Below, in pieces: positions 57,501-64,000 of a stretch of DNA of 64,000 nucleotides. The notes under the pieces are model-generated. The model made no database searches, was not told the DNA's origin, and saw only the letters and a program-made list of their open reading frames with translations. This DNA is from Minutocellus sp. GHC0000111. Lineage: Eukaryota. The stretch is from positions 682,001-746,000 of the forward strand of contig OZ361260.1 in assembly GCA_977018835.1 (NCBI GenBank), in the 5' to 3' direction. A program made the translations under genes and the position numbers. Position 1 is the first letter of the stretch, and every line of letters begins with the position of its first letter.

Positions 57501-57981
57501 TGTGGAGACCAGACGGGGAAAGGCTGGTCTCGCAAAAATTGCCGAGGAAGAAGCTGAAGAGGATGGTGAACCACTCTGGCCAATTGATGCTCCCGGCGAA
57601 GATGATGACATTGAGGACGACATAGATGAAAATGATGAAGACGATGGAGTCATTGATTTGCTATAACTTATCATAGCATGTCCATTTCTATTCATTACAT
57701 TTTGATTTGGTGCTTCCAAAAATGCATTTTTTCCCGGGGGTGAGGAATGCAAATGTCGAAAAAAATCATCACATAATGTACATTTATTGGTTCTGGTGCA
57801 CAATATCTCTCGACTATATGTAGAAGTTGGTGACCATAACTTGGTTCTTGCCCCGACTTCCATCTTGGCCGTCATTTATTCCTCGGAGTTAGAAAAAGTG
57901 AGCTTGGATTTTTGGTCTGGTGTGGTCGTGTTTCTAATACGTCATCATCACGTCACTTTCAAATCCTCTGAACTCGAAAGG
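54525..57981 (+). mobile_element. Tc1/mariner superfamily DD39D transposon, 3457 bp, with 22-bp TIRs and TA target-site duplication
   Basis: Left TIR CCTTTCGGTTTCAGAGGATTTG (54525-54546) versus reverse complement of 57960-57981, CCTTTCGAGTTCAGAGGATTTG (20/22). TA at 54523-54524 and 57982-57983. Confidence 0.93.
54811..57666 (+). pseudogene. Disrupted DD39D transposase (stop/frameshift ~55690-55735, frameshift ~56745)
   Basis: 'LDEKWFY', 'KVMYLGVVGRP', 'MDNAGGH', 'QVPRSPETNVLDLG'; exactly 39 residues between the second and third Asp. Confidence 0.88.
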
Positions 57982-58325
57982 TAGGCCTACAGGGGTAGTA
58001 CAAAATATCGAAAGGCCTTTCCTGAAGAATCGTGGCGATTTTCTGGTGACAAACAGGCATAAAAGACACCCGGTTTGAATCACTCTGGCACAGACCAGCA
58101 TGAAAACGTTGGTGGACTCTGCTCTCGCCCACATGTTAGGATATCACCAACTAAGAGATTCTAGTAGAGGAGTCAAGTGAGGAGGTAAGTGCCCAGTCCA
58201 AAGAAGCTGTGGATCAGCTTGTGGATCACCAGACAGGGCCGGGACGGCATCATCGCTTTGCCTCACCCGTACCCCTCCTTACATTTTTTTCAACAATACT
58301 CAATACTCGTACATGTATGCTTCAG

Positions 58326-59384
58326 GAGGATTTTGATAGAAGCTTGGTGACACTTGCGATGCCCGTCCAAAGTAGGCTCCGTCGTGAGCTCAGGATTCTG
58401 CAGGTTGCGGGGTCTCCAGATGTGAATTCTGTGCCTTCCTCAAAGGCATTGCAAGGACAAGCAACACCCAACATTAGCACCGCTACTTTGATGACTGAGC
58501 AAGCCCCCGCAAACCCCTCCAAGGGCAAAGCCAAAACCAAAAAGGCGACGAATGGCACAGCCCTCTCGCCGACCAGCGCCAACAAGATCAAGGAGGAGGC
58601 ACAGAATCTGCGCAGAGAGCTCGCCCAGCGCACCGATGAGAGAGCTCAGATGGAATTAGAATTGCTCAATGCCGTTGCCGCTTTGGAGGAAGAGAAGTCG
58701 GCGCTCATTTCCAAGCTTCGTTCCGTCACCCAGCAACACGATGGAGCAATGCATCAGATTGATACGCTCACTGAACAAATTGCCGATCTGAAGCGTGAGA
58801 GTGCGCTCGAAATCAATGCCCACGAGAAGACGACACAGGTGTTGAAGATCAAGAGTCGCGATTTGGACGAGGCAGTCGGTGCCCTGGAACTGGCTGATCG
58901 TGAAGTGCAGCGGCTCAAGGTGAGAGACGAGGAGAGAGAGGCTGACGCATCCCGGGATCGAGCACATATTGAACGTCTCGAAGCGGAACTTGGAGCTGAT
59001 GTTAGAGAAATGTCCGAAGAAATCGAGCGACTGCAAGCCGCACTCGCCGAGGCACACACAAAGATTGAGGCCAAGGATTCCGTTATTGAGGATTTGAATG
59101 ATGAGCTGGCTACAAATGCGAGGAGCAAGGAGAAGGAGATTGATCATCTGAGAAATCACAACAGCGACCTTCGTCACGAGATACAGGTGGTCAATTCTGT
59201 CCTCTGCTCAACCGAGAAATTCAATGATGAGCTAAAGGAACAGATTGAAGCTCTTCGAGATCAGCAGGCTGTGCAGTTGAAGAACGACGCCGTTGATAAA
59301 TTGCGTCAGGAATTGGATGCTGCCAAGCAACGCAATGCCGAGGCGGAATCCGAGCTGGGTGATCACCGAGCAACTATTTCCTAG
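58326..59384 (+). CDS. Coiled-coil protein exon; upstream exon damaged and 3' end possibly truncated
   Basis: GTAAGT (58185)...TTCAG (58325) intron followed by a heptad-rich open frame; the preceding exon frame contains a stop. Confidence 0.6.
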   Translation, partial: EDFDRSLVTLAMPVQSRLRRELRILQVAGSPDVNSVPSSKALQGQATPNISTATLMTEQAPANPSKGKAKTKKATNGTALSPTSANKIKEEAQNLRRELAQRTDERAQMELELLNAVAALEEEKSALISKLRSVTQQHDGAMHQIDTLTEQIADLKRESALEINAHEKTTQVLKIKSRDLDEAVGALELADREVQRLKVRDEEREADASRDRAHIERLEAELGADVREMSEEIERLQAALAEAHTKIEAKDSVIEDLNDELATNARSKEKEIDHLRNHNSDLRHEIQVVNSVLCSTEKFNDELKEQIEALRDQQAVQLKNDAVDKLRQELDAAKQRNAEAESELGDHRATIS

Positions 59385-60861
59385 ACGCTGGTGCTAAACG
59401 ATTCTTGTAGAGCGCGCCAACCTCTCCCTGATCCTTGGCCTTGCTCATCATCCTCGGATTTAGCAATATCCAATATGCCGATGCTTCTCGTCAAGTCTTC
59501 ATTGTCGTCGTCGTCGTCAGAAGATAGAACACTAACTGCCGATTGGCGGCGGACACTGACGTTACGAATCGTTGTTTGATTCTGATTTGTATCATTCTCA
59601 CTTGTCAGGGCCAAGGAGAAGCGATTGAGAATCGATGATGATCTCTTGGGCGCATGGAGACGACGCTGATCGGACGTAGGTGCGCCATTAGCACCACTGC
59701 GTGTACTTTTACTTGTGAATTGCCGAAACAAGTCGCTTGTTGGTGCAGGGGACCCCATCTTGATGTTACCGGACTTGAAATTAGCGCCACCGCTCGTAAC
59801 GACGATGCCCGAGCAGCTCCCCCTCCGACTGGCACAGCCTTCGATTGCTTCTGAGGCTAGGATTCGTCCCTCCCACTTTCTCTTTTCGTCGAGGAGCGAT
59901 CTAAGTTCAGCCTCCATAGTATCGAGAACCTGTGTGAGGAGACAAAGTCGAGATAGTGAAGGTAAGTTGAATAAGAATAACGTGTGGGCAAGTCGTAAGG
60001 GACACGCTGTACATTATTAGCAATGTGACGTACCTCGAGGGCATCGGCATTCTCCTTCCGAAGCTCATCGACCTCGGCGTAGCTATCGTTCAGGGCAGCT
60101 CGAGTCTTTTTTGCCAAGACAGAGAGCTCTTCCTCCAGCTCTTCAACAATTCCCTCCTCCACTTCGTGAGCAATGGCCAAAGGATGGACGTCAGGCCCTC
60201 CTACCATGGACGATGAATACCTCGATCTGTACGGCTGTGGTGCTCTGGCAGATCGGGTGGAGCAATGTGTGGAGGAGCAAATCGACGAAGATGCCGAGCC
60301 TCTGATGCCTCCACCGTTGGTTGTCTGGATGTATCTTAAAGAGCTGGTTTCATTTCCGATACGATTAATGCTGGCGTCGCCATCGCATGGAGACAGGTCT
60401 TGCTCATGCTCAGCGTAGGAGGAAGATACAGTCATTTCCTCTGTAGATGCGTTCCTGCTGGTGGCCTCACTCCTTTCCGAATCGTTCCTCTTCTAGAAGG
60501 CAGCAAAAGACGACCTACGCCTTCGCCGTTGGTCTGCATCTGCATCTGCGCCGACTTCACTGGCGTCGTTTTGCTGGTGGTAGTGAATGCAGCTTGTGCT
60601 GGGAATATTGTTATTATTGGAGTTGCTACAAATCGGGTTGATATTGCTGGCGCTCTTCCCCCACGCCCTGGAAGTCTTTCGGTGACGACGCTTCATCTTC
60701 GCTGTCGTGGTTTCACATTTTGTAGAAGTGCCGATGCCATTTGTGCCTTGAACCGATTGAGATCGGGATCTGATCGATGATTCACGTGCCATCGCCATCG
60801 ATGTGTTGCATGCGTCGTCGTCGAAGGTTGCGGGGTTGATGTGGCGTTCGTGCTGGATCAT
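59381..60861 (-). CDS. Low-complexity / coiled-coil hypothetical protein; intron 59930-60033, probable frameshift ~60490
   Basis: GTACGT...CACAG intron joins 'KENADALE' to 'VLDTMEAELRSLL'; upstream ATG ORF at 60861. Confidence 0.6.
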
Positions 60862-61439
60862 TGTGCCAGCGTTACCGTTACCGGGGAGGATGGATGGGGC
60901 AGGCTTCTAGTAGAGAATGGATTCCCGCAAGTTGAATCGAATTCCAAATGTTTGTGTTGTTGTGTCAACAGTAGTGCATGTAGGCCGAGAGGCCGAGATT
61001 CGAGCTAGAGACGATTTAGTGATCAAGGCAAATAAATGTGCAAACGGGAGATGTTCAGTGTTGGCCCGGCATGAATGACTCTCTTCCGACTCTCAGATCA
61101 TCACACAGTTTGCCACCTCGCCGAGGGTGGAATTAGTGTGCAGCCGATCTTCCCGCATTGGAGCCAAATTACAATTCCAGATGCATTTGTTCCCCGCCGT
61201 CTGTTATGTTTGTTTTTATGGTCTTTTATCGAGATGCATTTGTCCTCCAAGAAACTGAAATCGGATGGCTTCTCATCTGATTTGGGACACTTTCTGAGAC
61301 AGCATCCCTCGTTGTTTTGTCATGGTACGCCTGTCGTTCTTCTTCAACCTGCCGTCGAATCACTCGAGTGCAAATCCTCTTTCGAAACACATATATATTA
61401 TCTATAAGACCTATTTATCCTACAACTATGGTTGTTGGT

Positions 61440-61752
61440 TGATGCCTAGCCCTCCTGCTGACCCAGACCACACCATCCTCGAGAGAGTATCTCATAACAC
61501 ACATAGCAAAACCACACATGCTGAGTCTCATCCGAGGTCTCAAACCCAAGAGGAATAATCGCAGGATCTGGCTTCGTCGAGAAAGGGACTCGAGGGGAAT
61601 TCTCAACCCTCGGAGTCTCTTTGGGCCCGCTCTTGGACATCCAAGGGCCCACGATCAGATCTCTAGATCATCCAAAACGATGTAATTGAGGTCGATGCGT
61701 CTTCAATCTGCCGAAGGTTCCAACCTAGGCTAACCCCTTAGCCCGGCAGTTG
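61440..61752 (-). ncRNA. Candidate structured non-coding RNA of unassigned family
   Basis: At least eight nested helices readable by eye, several with G-U pairs only on the minus strand; TATAAT-like boxes at 61764-61770 and 61782-61789. Confidence 0.45.
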
Positions 61753-62052
61753 GCACGTAGTGATATTATAACCGTCCCTTGATTATAATTCGCCGAGTTG
61801 CCTGACGATTCGATTCATTCGATTCGATTCGATTCATTCATTCGAGTCAAAAAGAAAAGCGTCGGCCTGACTGTGGTCCGTCCATCGACCGCTTGTCGGA
61901 TGGCATGGCTGAGTCAGTCAGAATCACAAATCCAAGGCCGACTCCAAAGGCAAACCACACTCGCCCATTGCCGCTTGTCTCCACAGCCAGCCAACCTTTC
62001 CCTTATTCAACCCCTAATTTAGCCTCAAAGCACAGAATTCACTTACCCAACC

Positions 62053-63239
62053 ATGCCAAGTTTGACCCCGCAGCATCGCGCCGAGGAGACGGCGGAGCAT
62101 GCCTTCCGGGATGGAATGTTGTCCGGTTTGTTGGCATTGGTTCCCAGCTCGGCGGCCGTATATGCCGCAATGCAAAACAAGCAGTTCGTCCGATCGACCA
62201 ACTGGCAATCTCGGACGGCCCTCATTATCAGTGAGTAAAATCTTTCTGCTGGCGAATGGCACAAATGTTTGTTACTACGACATAGCATGCAACATGAGAG
62301 ATAGGAGAGCTTTATTTCTGACGACATTTGTTTTCCTCCCAATGATGCATGGAATACAATTATCGTTACCAGTGCCCCCGCTTTTCATGTTTGGCTTCAG
62401 CTCCGAATCCAAACTTCGTCACCGGATGGAGCAGATGGCGCATGAGGCTGACCACTCCCGGTCCACTGCCGAGTGGGCCGAGGAACATCGGGAACGGACC
62501 ATTGCCGAGGAGAATGCACGCATTTCTCAGGCCAGCAGCGGACTGCAGAGGATGCACACCAGCTCGGTTACGACCGAACGAACTGCCGCCGATGTGGACA
62601 ATCTGAGTTCAGAAGATGTGGAGAGGCAGCTTACGGAATTGTACAATCAGTCCGTGCAGAATTCCGGGGTGCGAATAGTACCATCTCCTGTCCAATTACT
62701 GGCAAGAGAATCCATTCAAAATTCTTGCGGGTATTGGCGTCCCGACGATTCTGTACATTTTCAAGGGTCGGAACGACAAGGCACATCTTCAGTTGCAAAG
62801 CAAGCTGATGCACACTCGTGTTTATGGGCAGGGAGTTGTCATTGCATTATTATTGGGGCTAATGGGTGTCAAGGGTTACCTGGATTCGATGGGCCAATAT
62901 ATTACTGAGGCTGAGGCCAATGCTCGTGTGGAAGATATGAGACAGATGCGACTCCATCTCAAGGAGCGACTGGCTCGAGATAAGCGACTGATGGAAGAGC
63001 GGGAGCGCGTCCTCCGCGGTAAGAAGGAGAATTCCGAGGAGCATCAAACGAGGGAACGGCAGCTGGAAAACGTTGATGACTTTGAGGCTCAAATGGAACA
63101 AGAACAAGAGGTGGGCAGTGACATCGATCAACCAAAAACCAAGAAACTCAAAAAGAAAAAGAAGCCTTCCAATAAGCCAGCCATTGTGATTATAGATGAG
63201 GACGAAGCAGAAAAACTGGTGGAAGACAAATCAGAATAA
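62053..63239 (+). CDS. HIG1-domain (Rcf2-like) mitochondrial membrane protein; intron 62231-62372, internal deletion/frameshift ~62683
   Basis: 'STNWQSRTALIIMPPLFMF...SE', 'NYWQENPFKILAG.GVP', 'LQSKLMHTRVYGQ..VI..LL..M'. Confidence 0.75.
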
Positions 63240-63291
63240 GATCATCTAAAATGTACCACTATATTAACTCGAGTATGTAAATATGCACCAA

Positions 63292-64000
63292 TCACTCTCC
63301 ACGCTCTTCGTCCGTATCTCCTTTTTGATCTACATTTTTTGCCCTTGCCCGTGTGACATTTGGCCATCGGTCTTCCTCGCTGTCACTCTCACTACCCCCA
63401 GCCTCGTCGGGACCATGGTCTGCGCCGACCTTGGCCTTGGGATAGACCAAATCGCCGAGTACTCTTGTGCACACCTGGGCAATGATGGCAACCATACCGA
63501 TGATGGCAATTAGCTCCGGTTTCTGTACATACTGAGACAAAGATGCGATGAAGGCAATCAGACCGGCTCGAATGATCGCGAACAAGACTCCAAGTTTGCT
63601 TATTTTCTTCGTAATTTGGCATTCGCAGCGATGCACGTTTTCCCTTAGACCTTGATGCGTTAAAATCATCAAATCCAAGCAGATCCATGCTATAGCCATA
63701 CTCCCACAAAAGAAATTTGCCACGCGCTGCTGCCTTCCATCTGTAGAATACTTTGGACCACCTCCACCGGCAAGGTGCCGCATGGCTGAATCTCTTAGGA
63801 CCTTTAAAAGCTTTCGCAATTTGTAGCCACCACTCTCTTGATAAATGTAATCGTACAGCAGCATTTTGAAAGAAACTCCTACTGCCACAAGTGCGAAGGA
63901 ATATGTCTGCATCAGGGTGCTAAAGACCATTCCAGCATTCTTGTTGCGACGCATTGCATGTTCTGACGCATGGTGAGGCTGAGAACGGAAGTGGAGGTAT
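63292..64000 (-). CDS. C-terminal part of a multi-pass membrane protein (possibly LtrA-like); runs off the window
   Basis: Open frame to the window edge; 'QPHHASEHAMRR...YSFALVAVGVSFKMLL' and several TM helices. Confidence 0.55.
   Translation of the reverse strand, partial: YLHFRSQPHHASEHAMRRNKNAGMVFSTLMQTYSFALVAVGVSFKMLLYDYIYQESGGYKLRKLLKVLRDSAMRHLAGGGGPKYSTDGRQQRVANFFCGSMAIAWICLDLMILTHQGLRENVHRCECQITKKISKLGVLFAIIRAGLIAFIASLSQYVQKPELIAIIGMVAIIAQVCTRVLGDLVYPKAKVGADHGPDEAGGSESDSEEDRWPNVTRARAKNVDQKGDTDEERGE

Noticed and set aside
61440..61560. Repeated UGAGA and UGAGAUAC resembling a TPP riboswitch
   Set aside because: The pyrophosphate-binding half (GAACCUGAU...UAAU...GCG.AGG) is absent and no thiamine gene is adjacent.
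61806..61845. (CGATT/CATT)n tract, also (CAGTA)n at ~4433-4462
   Set aside because: Ordinary short microsatellites with no further structure.

Overview
Gene-dense eukaryotic nuclear DNA, most likely from a diatom. The evidence is short GT-AG introns, bipartite plastid presequences with AF motifs, and diatom-type families such as DUF6824 and the 'LGDNPSCS..AP..IGW' family. Host genes include LPA1-like, EDR2-C/DUF1336, an RCC1-repeat protein, three U-box/Sel1 proteins, a VTI1-like SNARE, an FKBP, UAP1, a Kelch protein, LSM1, a 2OG oxygenase, an MFS_5 transporter, an IGPS-like protein, an MgtE-like protein and a HIG1-like protein. There are three accessory elements. (1) A Crypton-like tyrosine-recombinase element (~8.1-10.8 kb) bracketed by related inverted-repeat sites. 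(2) A complete 3457-bp DD39D mariner-like transposon (54525-57981; 22-bp TIRs, TA duplication) whose transposase appears to carry a TpA-targeted Tyr->Cys/His mutation signature. (3) A ~14.3-kb island (34445-~48724) of orphan genes encoding an intron-containing HhH-GPD DNA glycosylase, a GIY-YIG-like nuclease and a mosaic DUF6824/Tudor-like/HTH/pyruvate-kinase-B-domain protein. The island lies between two partly deleted copies of the same host block, and an SNF2 gene is split across it. A strongly structured ~310-nt minus-strand ncRNA candidate lies at 61.44-61.75 kb. Many genes carry 1-bp frameshifts, often in homopolymers (probably assembly errors), plus a few larger lesions. All family assignments are by-eye motif recognition, not database searches.
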